The notes below the pieces were generated by a model. That model was not told where the DNA came from and ran no database searches. It was given only the letters and a program-made list of their open reading frames with translations. Shown one piece after another: positions 1 through 8,507 of a stretch of 26,492 nt of DNA. Both the position numbers and the translations under genes were made by a program. The stretch covers positions 1 through 26,492 of the forward strand of contig CAINLH010000108.1 in the NCBI GenBank assembly GCA_903850275.1, given 5' to 3'. This DNA comes from an uncultured Acidimicrobium sp. (lineage in GTDB: Bacteria; Actinomycetota; Acidimicrobiia; Acidimicrobiales; Ilumatobacteraceae). How positions within the stretch are numbered: position 1 is the stretch's first letter; each line of letters starts with the position of its first letter.

Positions 1-328
1 AGCCATGACGTCGAACAAATTCCGCAAAGGTAAGCCCATCGCATTCGGGGCCTGGGTCGTGCTCGCCGAATCGAGTGTCAATATTGATGGCCAAGCTAGA
101 TAGTGCGGGCGCAATTATTTCAGCTGTTTCTTTAGCTCGGGGATAGCCACTTGAGTACAACACATCACACTGCAGTTCCTGCGTGTTTGCAAGACGGTCG
201 CGCAACCGTTCGGCCTGCAATTTTCCTAGATCCGACAAACCGCTACACGTGCGCGGGCCGCCCAACACTCGCTGGACGGTGACATTCGATTCGCCGTGAC
301 GAACCAAGACGATTCGTGTTTTGGTCAT
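1..328 (-). CDS. Histidine phosphatase (phosphoglycerate mutase-like) family protein, 3' end truncated by window
   Basis: Not in the ORF track. Manual translation from ATG at 328 gives MTKTRIVLVRHGESNVTVQRVLGG...LYSSGYPRAKETAEII...RFGEHDPG, with the RHG catalytic motif and the later R and E motifs of the family. Its ATG overlaps the TGA of the VWA gene (ATGA). Confidence 0.9.
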   Translation of the reverse strand, partial: MTKTRIVLVRHGESNVTVQRVLGGPRTCSGLSDLGKLQAERLRDRLANTQELQCDVLYSSGYPRAKETAEIIAPALSSLAINIDTRFGEHDPGPECDGLTFAEFVRRHG

Positions 329-1767
329 ACCAGCTTCTCGACAAAGCCTTCCAGCTGCCTCAAGTTGCGGCACTCGTAAACGCCGTCGGTGAAGGTTCCG
401 TACTCGCCCACGATTGAGTCTCCGGTATTCCAATAACTCTTTGGTTCAGGATTCAACCAATACACGTGTCGTCCACGTTTTTGCATTTCCTTGACTACCC
501 AAGATTGGGCTGCGTGGTAGTTGTTTCGCGCATCGCCCAGCAACAAGATGGTGGTTTTTGCGTTGATGTCCTTGCCGTACTTTTCCCAGAACACTTCAAA
601 CGCATGGCCGTAGTCGCTATGGCCGTCAACCCACACCACATCGGCTTCGGTATTTACTCGGTGTATTGCTTCACTGATGTCTTCGGTGTTCTTGAAATAA
701 CTGGTCACTTCGTCGAGGCCATCAATGAAGACGAATGATCGCACTTTAGAAAACTGCCCTTGAATGGCATAGACGAGCATCAGCGTAAAGCGCGCGAATG
801 CAGCGACGCTTCCGGAAATGTCGGCGACAACCATCAATTCTGGTTTGGCAGGGCGCGGATATTTAAATTTTGGATCTGCAGGCACACCGCCATAACTGAG
901 GGAGTGGCGCACGGTGTTGCGAAAATCGAGCGGACCTTTCCGGCCATGCCTGCGCTTTCGCGCCAGCTTTGCCGCAAGTTTGCGAGTGAGCGGTTGCAAT
1001 GCCTTTTTCAGGCTCTGCATCTCTTCGCGACTGGCGTGCATGAAATCCACATCTTCGGGAAGTGGCTTTCGAAGTGTCTTCGCCATTGCCTCTGCTCCGC
1101 GATCGGCAACTAGCTTGCGACGTATCTCTGCTTCGACTTCTTGCTTGAACTGTTCTATGCGGCTCTCAAACTCGTCTTTTTCTAGGCGCTCTTCCAACTT
1201 GGTCAAGTCTTGCTGCGCCGAATCTTTATTTGCCTGCATCAACTTCTCGAGCATGTTGTCTAAATCAAGATTGCGCAGGGTTCGGTAGAGGTAATAGGTT
1301 CCGCCCACTGGCCGACCTGGCTCCATTCCCGCAAAACGTTGCACCGCCTGTTTGGCTAACGCGCGCATCATGGCCTGGTCGCCGTTCATCAATGCCTGCA
1401 TCAGCATCTGCGCGAGTTCTTCGGGGGTCAGCCCGTCCATCCCTCCGCTTTGGCCACGACCCTCGCCAGGTTGCTGCGAGTCTTGTTCGTCGCGTCCAAG
1501 TTCGCCAGGCGTATCGGACTCACCATCTGTGATGTTGTATTCGGCGCCGCGAAGCGAGAAATACACCTCAAAAATGGTTTCAAATGCTCGCCAGTGCGAA
1601 TTGCTCTTGACGAGTGTTGCACCTAACGCGTATTTGAAGGCTTGACGATCCTCGAGAGGAATCTCTTTTACCGCTTCCATTGCATCGAGGTTCTCGGTAA
1701 GGCTCACGGGAAGCCCTGCGTTACGCAGTTCAACGATAAAACCCGACATCAAGTCAAGGACGGGCAT
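325..1767 (-). CDS. VWA domain-containing protein, CoxE-like
   Basis: MIDAS motif DISGS, downstream LLGDARNN, C-terminal WLNPEP and ECRNLRQL typical of CoxE-like proteins; directly downstream of a MoxR ATPase. Confidence 0.88.
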   Translation of the reverse strand: MPVLDLMSGFIVELRNAGLPVSLTENLDAMEAVKEIPLEDRQAFKYALGATLVKSNSHWRAFETIFEVYFSLRGAEYNITDGESDTPGELGRDEQDSQQPGEGRGQSGGMDGLTPEELAQMLMQALMNGDQAMMRALAKQAVQRFAGMEPGRPVGGTYYLYRTLRNLDLDNMLEKLMQANKDSAQQDLTKLEERLEKDEFESRIEQFKQEVEAEIRRKLVADRGAEAMAKTLRKPLPEDVDFMHASREEMQSLKKALQPLTRKLAAKLARKRRHGRKGPLDFRNTVRHSLSYGGVPADPKFKYPRPAKPELMVVADISGSVAAFARFTLMLVYAIQGQFSKVRSFVFIDGLDEVTSYFKNTEDISEAIHRVNTEADVVWVDGHSDYGHAFEVFWEKYGKDINAKTTILLLGDARNNYHAAQSWVVKEMQKRGRHVYWLNPEPKSYWNTGDSIVGEYGTFTDGVYECRNLRQLEGFVEKLV

Positions 1768-1775
1768 GGTTCAGA

Positions 1776-2642
1776 TCACTTGTCGACCGACAGTTCCTTC
1801 GCCGCTTTGGCAATGTCGGTTTGGTATTTGAGCAGGATGTGGAGAGTCTCTTTTGCCTCTTGAGCATCGATGTGTTCGATGCCAAGCAGCATCAATGTCC
1901 GTGCCCAGTCGAGGGTTTCGCTCACCGATGGTGCCTTCTTCAAATCCAACTGACGAATGCTTCGCACGATACGTGCGATTTGGTCGGCAAGGTTTTGCGT
2001 GATGTCGGGAACCTTCGTGAGGACAATTTCTTTTTCGCGTTCCATATCTGGATAATCGATGTGCAGGAACAAGCAACGGCGCTTGAGTGCTTCGGACAAT
2101 TCGCGTGTGTTATTCGACGTGAGGAAGACCATAGGAATTTGCTTCGCCGTAATAGTTCCAAGTTCTGGAATAGAAACTTGGTACTCCGAGAGAATCTCGA
2201 GCAGCAATGCCTCTGTCTCAATTTCGACGCGGTCTACTTCGTCAATCAAGAGAACTACTGGATCCTCACTGCTGATCGCCTCAAGCAAAGGACGGGTGAG
2301 CAAAAATTCCTGGGAGAAAATGTCGTCGTGAACTTCGCTCCAAGAGTCGCTTGATTTGTCGGCTTGAATGCGCAACAGCTGCTTCTTGTAGTTCCATTCG
2401 TAGAGCGCCTTCGACTCGTCGAGACCCTCGTAGCACTGCAGACGAATGAGTCGGGCACCCGTCATGTCTGCAACGCTCTTTGCCAATTGCGTCTTTCCCG
2501 TTCCCGCAGGGCCCTCGACGAGAATTGGCTTTCCAAGCCTTTGCGCTAGATAGACCACACCAGCGATGCCGTCGTCGGCCAAATAGTTGACCTGCTTTAG
2601 ACCGTCTCGCACCTGCTGAACTGACTCAAATCGGCTTTCCAT
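1776..2642 (-). CDS. MoxR-family AAA+ ATPase, CoxD-like
   Basis: Walker A GPAGTGKT, RLQCYEGLD, Walker B LLIDEVD, TSNNTRELSEALKRRC. Start placed at ATG 2642 (TAAGGT box 7 nt upstream); the ORF track uses GTG 2675. Confidence 0.9.
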   Translation of the reverse strand: MESRFESVQQVRDGLKQVNYLADDGIAGVVYLAQRLGKPILVEGPAGTGKTQLAKSVADMTGARLIRLQCYEGLDESKALYEWNYKKQLLRIQADKSSDSWSEVHDDIFSQEFLLTRPLLEAISSEDPVVLLIDEVDRVEIETEALLLEILSEYQVSIPELGTITAKQIPMVFLTSNNTRELSEALKRRCLFLHIDYPDMEREKEIVLTKVPDITQNLADQIARIVRSIRQLDLKKAPSVSETLDWARTLMLLGIEHIDAQEAKETLHILLKYQTDIAKAAKELSVDK

Positions 2643-2701
2643 TCGGGCAACCTTAGTGCTTGATCCCGCCGACACTCCGATCCAAACCCCTACGATGATG
2701 A

Positions 2702-4294
2702 GTGCTCATGGCCGGTCTTATTCGATCGAATCTCGTCGTTGCTTCTGGCACCGCAGTCTCCCGAATCACGGGACTTGTGCGCATTGTGATTTTCGGCATG
2801 GTGATCGGCCAGACCGCATTAGCCGACGCATTCGATGGCGCAAATAACGCCCCTAACGCCATCTACGAACTATTCATCGGTGGCGTGCTTTCCGCCAGCC
2901 TTGTCCCCCTCTTCGCTCGGCTCGTTGATAATGATCACAAAGAGAACAACGACATTGACGCCATCGTCAGCACTGCCTTGTATGTGCTGATTTCCGTCAC
3001 TGTCGTCGCGGTGTTAGCAGCACCCGCAATATTTCACCTTTTCTCACTCAACCCAGCAAGCGCAGTGGACGCCGACGCCTACCGAGAAGCCGGCACGGCG
3101 CTCACGAGAATATTCCTCGTCCAGATCTTCTTCTACGGGATAAGCGCAATAACTTCTGCGCTACTCAATGCCCGACGACAGTTCTTTGCAGCAGCTTGGT
3201 CGCCCGTTCTCGCCAACATCGTGGCAATTGCGTTTCTTCTCTACATTCCTTCGATTGGCGCAGCTTCGCCTCCCCAATTGGGCGAAGTTGTATCAAACAA
3301 TTCGCTGCTATGGACACTCGGATTGAGCACGACAGCAGGTATTGCATTGATGGCGATTACTCAATTGCTAGCCGTGCGTCGCAGCGGTATACCAATCTCT
3401 TTTAGGCCACAATTTCGACATCCGGCAGTTGCACGTCTGATTCGTTTGTCAACTTGGACTCTTGGGTATGTCGTTGCCAATCAAATTGCACTCGTGGTCA
3501 TCAAAAACCTTGCATCGCCTGGAAGCGGTTGGGTGGACGCCTACGCAAAGGCTTTTGTTATCTTCCAATTACCTCATGGTCTGCTTGCTGTATCGCTTGC
3601 CACCACCTTGGTACCAGAATTATCAAGGCTGATCCATCTCGATGACGAAGCAGCTTTTGCGCGCCGAATGAACGACGGAATTCGCTACACGGCAATGCTC
3701 ACCATCCCAGCCGCGGTTGGGCTCTTCTTACTCGCTAAGCCAATCGTTGGAACGCTGCTCCAACACGGCAACTTCGATCAAGTTGCCACCTCCAATACCG
3801 CTCGAGCATTGTCTGGGCTCGCTCTAGGAGTAGCGGGTTTCTCGGTATATCTCTTTGTTCTTCGCGGCTTTTATGCACGCAACGATACGCGCACACCATT
3901 CCTGATCAATCTCGTTGAAAATGCCCTGAACATAGTTTTTGCGCTATTGCTCGTCGACCGATTTGATGTTCTCGGTTTAGGAATCGCCTACTCCCTTGCC
4001 TACCTCATTTCAGCAGCAATTGCATTGCTCGTTCTACATCGATCAACACCTTCATTGCAGCTTTCTCCGCTGTTGGTTTCGATACTTCGCATCGTCGGAG
4101 CCGCCGCATTGATGGCTGTAACTATCCGACTCACCAGTGGGCTTATTGGCTCAAATGTTGGTGTAGCTGCGTTGACACGGATTGTTGTGAGCTCCTGTTT
4201 GGGGCTACTGATGTACGTGATTGGTTTGCTGGCATTTGGTGCGCCAGACATTCGTCATTTTGTGTTGAGCAAAATGACCAAATCGTCACGGTGA
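2702..4294 (+). CDS. murJ: Lipid II flippase MurJ (MviN)
   Basis: N-terminal GTAVSRITGLVR, ADAF..ANNAPN, QLPHG, RGFYARNDTRTP; many hydrophobic segments; no C-terminal kinase-like domain. Start GTG 2702 or ATG 2708. Confidence 0.93.
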   Translation: MLMAGLIRSNLVVASGTAVSRITGLVRIVIFGMVIGQTALADAFDGANNAPNAIYELFIGGVLSASLVPLFARLVDNDHKENNDIDAIVSTALYVLISVTVVAVLAAPAIFHLFSLNPASAVDADAYREAGTALTRIFLVQIFFYGISAITSALLNARRQFFAAAWSPVLANIVAIAFLLYIPSIGAASPPQLGEVVSNNSLLWTLGLSTTAGIALMAITQLLAVRRSGIPISFRPQFRHPAVARLIRLSTWTLGYVVANQIALVVIKNLASPGSGWVDAYAKAFVIFQLPHGLLAVSLATTLVPELSRLIHLDDEAAFARRMNDGIRYTAMLTIPAAVGLFLLAKPIVGTLLQHGNFDQVATSNTARALSGLALGVAGFSVYLFVLRGFYARNDTRTPFLINLVENALNIVFALLLVDRFDVLGLGIAYSLAYLISAAIALLVLHRSTPSLQLSPLLVSILRIVGAAALMAVTIRLTSGLIGSNVGVAALTRIVVSSCLGLLMYVIGLLAFGAPDIRHFVLSKMTKSSR

Positions 4295-5352
4295 ACTAAC
4301 TCGGTTACTACTCCGTCTGGAAGTTCGGAACTGTGCCTACCTGCTGCGGCACTGGCCTGTACGGCATCGACCGAAACCATTCCGCGCGCAAACACCACGT
4401 CGCGCATGTCCTTGATTTCTACCGTGTCACCAGCCACGAAGTCACCGTGCACTTCAACGATCCCTGCGTGCAGTAACGAAGTATTTCGCTCGATCAAAGC
4501 GGTTCTGGCGCCGTCATCCACCACAACGCTGCCGCTGTGTTGCGCTGCAAATGCAATCCATAATTTGCGAGCCGAGAGATTTCGGTTGTGCGGCAAAAAT
4601 TGTGTACCCGCGCCAGGAACAGCAGCGATTGCCTGCTCCAACACATCAGCACGAGTTGCGCTCGCAATCACCGTTCGCACCCCAGACCACGATGCAATTC
4701 GTGCGGCCGATAGCTTCGATGCCATTCCTCCGCTGCCACGAGCAGAACCAGCACTTCCAGCATGGACAGTGAGCAGCTCGTCATCGGCTGCAACTTCTTC
4801 GACAAATGCCGCATTGGCATCCGTTGCAGGATCGGCGGTGTAAAGCCCAGCAATGTCGGTCAGCAGAACCAAAACGTCTGCACCGATATTGTGCGAAACA
4901 AGAGCCGCAATGCGATCGTTGTCGCCAAAACGTATTTCGTCGCTGGCAATGGCATCGTTCTCGTTAATGATTGGCACGCAACCAAGCTCTATCAACCGAA
5001 TAAGTGTGCTTCGTGCATGCAGGTATTGCGTGCGATCGATGAAATCGTTAGGCACCAACAACACCTGGGCTCCGATTAATTGGTGTTTTGAAAGGTGCTT
5101 GTTGTATTCGTTCATCAGCAGGCTTTGCCCAACCGCTGCCAGTGCCTGCAACGTAAGCGTGTCGGTTGGCCGTTGTTTCATGCCGAGCGCCGCCACTCCG
5201 CCAGCAACGGCACCAGAGGTAACGACTACTACTTCGTGCTTGTCTGCGCGCAGCTTCGCAACCTGCTCGCAAAGGGTTGCTATGGCATCTGTTTTGATGC
5301 TGCCTCGCTCATCGGTTACCGATGAGGTTCCAATTTTTACGACAATTCTCAT
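4255..5352 (-). CDS. proB: Glutamate 5-kinase with PUA domain
   Basis: VVKIGTSS, TSGAV, INENDA, FGDNDRIAALV, GSGGMASK, ARKLWIAF, C-terminal PUA-like VHRDDLV; follows obgE as usual. Confidence 0.97.
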   Translation of the reverse strand: MRIVVKIGTSSVTDERGSIKTDAIATLCEQVAKLRADKHEVVVVTSGAVAGGVAALGMKQRPTDTLTLQALAAVGQSLLMNEYNKHLSKHQLIGAQVLLVPNDFIDRTQYLHARSTLIRLIELGCVPIINENDAIASDEIRFGDNDRIAALVSHNIGADVLVLLTDIAGLYTADPATDANAAFVEEVAADDELLTVHAGSAGSARGSGGMASKLSAARIASWSGVRTVIASATRADVLEQAIAAVPGAGTQFLPHNRNLSARKLWIAFAAQHSGSVVVDDGARTALIERNTSLLHAGIVEVHGDFVAGDTVEIKDMRDVVFARGMVSVDAVQASAAAGRHSSELPDGVVTELVHRDDLVILLNTK

Positions 5353-5354
5353 TG

Positions 5355-6605
5355 CTAACTCTCGGGTGTGTAGTCGAAACTGAATGCGCCGATATGCACC
5401 ACTGCCCCATCGGTTGCACCGGCACGGGCCAGCAATCGTGGTACGCCCAAATTCTTGAGCCGCTCATCAATGTAATTCAATGCGTCTGGCGTAGTTACGT
5501 CGCTAAGAGCAACGGCGCGTTCCACATCGCGGCCATGAAGTCGAAACTCGGTTTCGCCCATGCGCTCGATCTTGGTGCCTTCGGGTACGGGCCTGATTAC
5601 CACTGAACCTTGTTTCGGCGGCAGCACCGTGCGAGCACCCTGCACCAACTGCGCCAACTCGCCCAACACTTTGCGCACTCCGTCGCGAGTAACAGCCGAC
5701 ATCTTCATTCCGCTCCAGCTGGCCATGTGCACTTCGTCGGCTGCATCGGTTTTGGTGCCCACCACGAGCCTTGGGCGGTCCAACAAATCAGGGCGATACG
5801 CCTGCAACTCTTGCAACAGAATTCGCTCTTGCTCTACAGCCGAGACGTCGTCCATTGGTGCGAGGTCGAGCAGAATGCACAACACACGCGCGCGCTCGAT
5901 GTGACGCAAGAACTGATGACCTAAGCCTCGTCCTTCGCTTGCACCCTCGATGATTCCAGGAATGTCGGCGATGATGAACTCGGTCGTTGCGTCTAATTTG
6001 ACGACGCCCAAGTGGGGCTCGAGTGTTGTAAACGGATAGTTAGCAATTTTTGGTTTTGCGGCCGAGACAGTACTGATAAATGTTGACTTACCCGCATTAG
6101 GAAAACCGACAAGTGCGACGTCGGCCATCAGTTTGAGTTCCAGCTTCAGCCAACGCTCTTTTCCATGTTCGCCTTGCTCGGCAAACTTTGGCGCCCTGCG
6201 ACGGTTGGACAAGAAACGCGCGTTGCCTCTTCCGCCTTGGCCGCCGTGCGCTACGCAAAATCGAGCACCGTGTTCGGGGAGGTCGGCCAGAATTTCGTTC
6301 GTGTACATGTCGCGAACAACGGTTCCTTCAGGAACCTTGATCAACATTTCCTGGCCACGGCGGCCATGCAAATCTTTACCCATTCCGTGCACGCCGTCGC
6401 CTGCTCGTCGGTGGGGATGATCGCGAAAGGCCAGCAACGACGCCACATTGTGGTCGGCCTCAAGCCATACCGAACCGCCGTCGCCACCGTCGCCGCCGTT
6501 TGGGCCACCGAAAGCAACTGGACCCTCTCTACGGAAGCTGACGCAGCCTGCACCACCGTCGCCTCCGCGAACGTTGAGTTGGGCTTCGTCGACAAATGCA
6601 CTCAT
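5355..6605 (-). CDS. obgE: GTPase ObgE/CgtA
   Basis: Gly-rich Obg fold (GGDGG, GGPNGGDGG), G1 GFPNAGKS, G2 NYPFTT, G3 DIPG, C-terminal OCT-like domain (GAVVHIGAFSFDY). Confidence 0.97.
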   Translation of the reverse strand: MSAFVDEAQLNVRGGDGGAGCVSFRREGPVAFGGPNGGDGGDGGSVWLEADHNVASLLAFRDHPHRRAGDGVHGMGKDLHGRRGQEMLIKVPEGTVVRDMYTNEILADLPEHGARFCVAHGGQGGRGNARFLSNRRRAPKFAEQGEHGKERWLKLELKLMADVALVGFPNAGKSTFISTVSAAKPKIANYPFTTLEPHLGVVKLDATTEFIIADIPGIIEGASEGRGLGHQFLRHIERARVLCILLDLAPMDDVSAVEQERILLQELQAYRPDLLDRPRLVVGTKTDAADEVHMASWSGMKMSAVTRDGVRKVLGELAQLVQGARTVLPPKQGSVVIRPVPEGTKIERMGETEFRLHGRDVERAVALSDVTTPDALNYIDERLKNLGVPRLLARAGATDGAVVHIGAFSFDYTPES

Positions 6606-6652
6606 AGGGGCTTTCTAGGCTACTGCTACACCCTGCTCGTATCGTGGAGATT

Positions 6653-7819
6653 ATGAATGAGGTCAATAAGTCTGCACAGCCTCAGGACCCATCAGGGTCT
6701 CGTGCCCAGTCGTGGGCCAGCACGATGCACGGCTTCAACTCACCGGACGGAATTATCTTCGCTCACGCCGATTCTTGGGCAGGCGCTGGTTCTACCAACG
6801 TTGTGTCCCGCGCTGAACGAGAGGCGCGTGAAGACGCGCAGCTTGCTCCATTAGCAACGCGCGCTCTTGGTGCCGGCAACCGTGCCATTGTCGAACAGGC
6901 CGACGATTACCGCACCTGTTTCGAACGCGACCGTGACCGCATCCTGCATGCTTCTGCCTTTCGACGACTCGCCGGAAAGACTCAGGTGTTTGTCTTCCCC
7001 CAGGATCATCAACGCACCCGACTCACTCACGCACTTGAAGTTGCACAAGTGGCTGTTGCAGTTTCACGCGCACTTGGGCTCAACACCATGCTCACCGAAG
7101 CCATTGCTCTCGGGCACGATTGCGGGCACGGCCCCGGCGGCCATGCCAGTGAAGACGCACTATCCCCATTCGTTGCGCATGGCTTCGATCACGCGCTCTG
7201 GGGTGCAGACGTCACGTTGGTGCCACTCAACTTGTGCGTCGAAACACTGGACGGCATCCGTAATCATTCATGGTCACGCCCCGCGCCAATGACGCCAGAG
7301 GGTGAAGTGGTTTCGTGGGCAGATCGCATTGCTTATGTATGTCACGACTTCGAAGACGCGGTAGCGGCCGGCATTGTCTCGCCACAACAACTGCCAGAAA
7401 TAGTCGCTACACAATGCGGCTTCACTCGTTCCAGCCAACTTCGTGCGTTCATCACTTCAATGATTAGGGCAAGCGCTCAGTCCGGTCGTATCGGCATGGA
7501 GTCGCTACCCGCAGAAGCACTTGCCGAGTTTCGTCGATTCAACTACGACAACATCTACATGCGTGACGCCTCACGCAATCAGGCAAAGGCTGTCATCGAC
7601 TTACTGCGCGCACTTGTGGAGCACTACCGTGCGCGCCCGCAAGACATGTTCACTGAACTTTCCCCAACCAGCAACATCCCGATGGCCAACAGCGACGAGG
7701 CGTTGCATGACGCCGTTGCATACGTTGGGGGCATGACCGATCGCTTTGCGTGTCGCCAAGGCGCGATACTTCTCGGCTGGGGCGCAGAGCGACTACCGCA
7801 GGGAATCGATACGAACTAG
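6653..7819 (+). CDS. dgt: HD-domain deoxyguanosinetriphosphate triphosphohydrolase (dGTPase)-like protein
   Basis: RTCFERDRDRILH, FRRLAGKTQVF, RTRLTH, LGHD.GH.P.GH, ADRIAY..HDFEDA, YVGGMTDRFA are dGTPase motifs. Start at ATG 6653 (TATCGT 7 nt upstream); GTG 6644 is an alternative. Confidence 0.88.
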   Translation: MNEVNKSAQPQDPSGSRAQSWASTMHGFNSPDGIIFAHADSWAGAGSTNVVSRAEREAREDAQLAPLATRALGAGNRAIVEQADDYRTCFERDRDRILHASAFRRLAGKTQVFVFPQDHQRTRLTHALEVAQVAVAVSRALGLNTMLTEAIALGHDCGHGPGGHASEDALSPFVAHGFDHALWGADVTLVPLNLCVETLDGIRNHSWSRPAPMTPEGEVVSWADRIAYVCHDFEDAVAAGIVSPQQLPEIVATQCGFTRSSQLRAFITSMIRASAQSGRIGMESLPAEALAEFRRFNYDNIYMRDASRNQAKAVIDLLRALVEHYRARPQDMFTELSPTSNIPMANSDEALHDAVAYVGGMTDRFACRQGAILLGWGAERLPQGIDTN

Positions 7820-7851
7820 CTCACGCTTCGCAGCAAAGGCTGCAGGTGCAA

Positions 7852-8106
7852 TTAGTTGGTTGGAAGAACGTCGACGACGCGACGACCGCGACGCTCGCCG
7901 AACTTTACGCTGCCGGCAGCAAGAGCGAACAAGGTGTCGTCTTTGCCGATGCCAACGTTGTTGCCAGGATGCACTTTGGTGCCGCGCTGACGAATGAGAA
8001 TTGTTCCGGCGGTGATGACCGTTCCGTCAAATACCTTTACTCCGAGTCGTTGCGCGTTTGAATCGCGACCGTTGCGTGTAGAACCGCCACCCTTGGTTTT
8101 TGACAT
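7852..8106 (-). CDS. rpmA: 50S ribosomal protein L27
   Basis: [40 protein letters not shown]; ATG 8106 lies 4 nt after the rplU stop. Confidence 0.97.
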   Translation of the reverse strand: MSKTKGGGSTRNGRDSNAQRLGVKVFDGTVITAGTILIRQRGTKVHPGNNVGIGKDDTLFALAAGSVKFGERRGRRVVDVLPTN

Positions 8107-8110
8107 GAGA

Positions 8111-8422
8111 TCAGCCTTTCGCGATGCTGGTGATTTCAATCACCGAATACTTTTGGCGGTGTCCGAAACGACGACGCTGGTTGGTACGACGCTTGTATGT
8201 AAAGCCATCGATCTTTGGGCCTGCAGCCTGACCGATGATGGTTGCAGTAACGGTTGCCTTAGCCAATTCGGCTGGCGTGGAAAGGACGGTTGTGCCGTCG
8301 ACGAGAAGCACTGGGGTGAACTTCACCACGGTGCCTTCTTGGGCGCCAAGAAGCTCGACCTGGACCTGTTGGCCCTGGGCGACCTTTTCTTGTTTGCCTC
8401 CGGTTGCGATAACTGCGTACAT
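8111..8422 (-). CDS. rplU: 50S ribosomal protein L21
   Basis: [18 protein letters not shown]; 103 aa; AAGGA 6 nt upstream of ATG. Confidence 0.97.
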   Translation of the reverse strand: MYAVIATGGKQEKVAQGQQVQVELLGAQEGTVVKFTPVLLVDGTTVLSTPAELAKATVTATIIGQAAGPKIDGFTYKRRTNQRRRFGHRQKYSVIEITSIAKG

Positions 8423-8507
8423 AACGAGTCCTTACTCTACCCTTCGCCCTATGGGCTCTCCAACCAGCCAAACGACAAGTTGTTACTGATTTTCTTTGAA
8501 ATGTGAC

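Noticed and set aside
5740-5763. ObgE G4 motif reads TKTD rather than NKxD
   Set aside because: Such variation occurs among GTPases and all other motifs are intact; no evidence of altered function.
7830-7843. GCAGC-AAAG-GCTGC hairpin between convergent dgt and rpmA
   Set aside because: Only 5 bp with no U tract on either strand; too weak to call a terminator.
8107-8139. In-frame N-terminal extension of L27 ([11 protein letters not shown]), reminiscent of Prp-cleaved extensions
   Set aside because: Overlaps rplU in another frame, does not resemble the Firmicutes extension motif, and no prp gene lies between rplU and rpmA.
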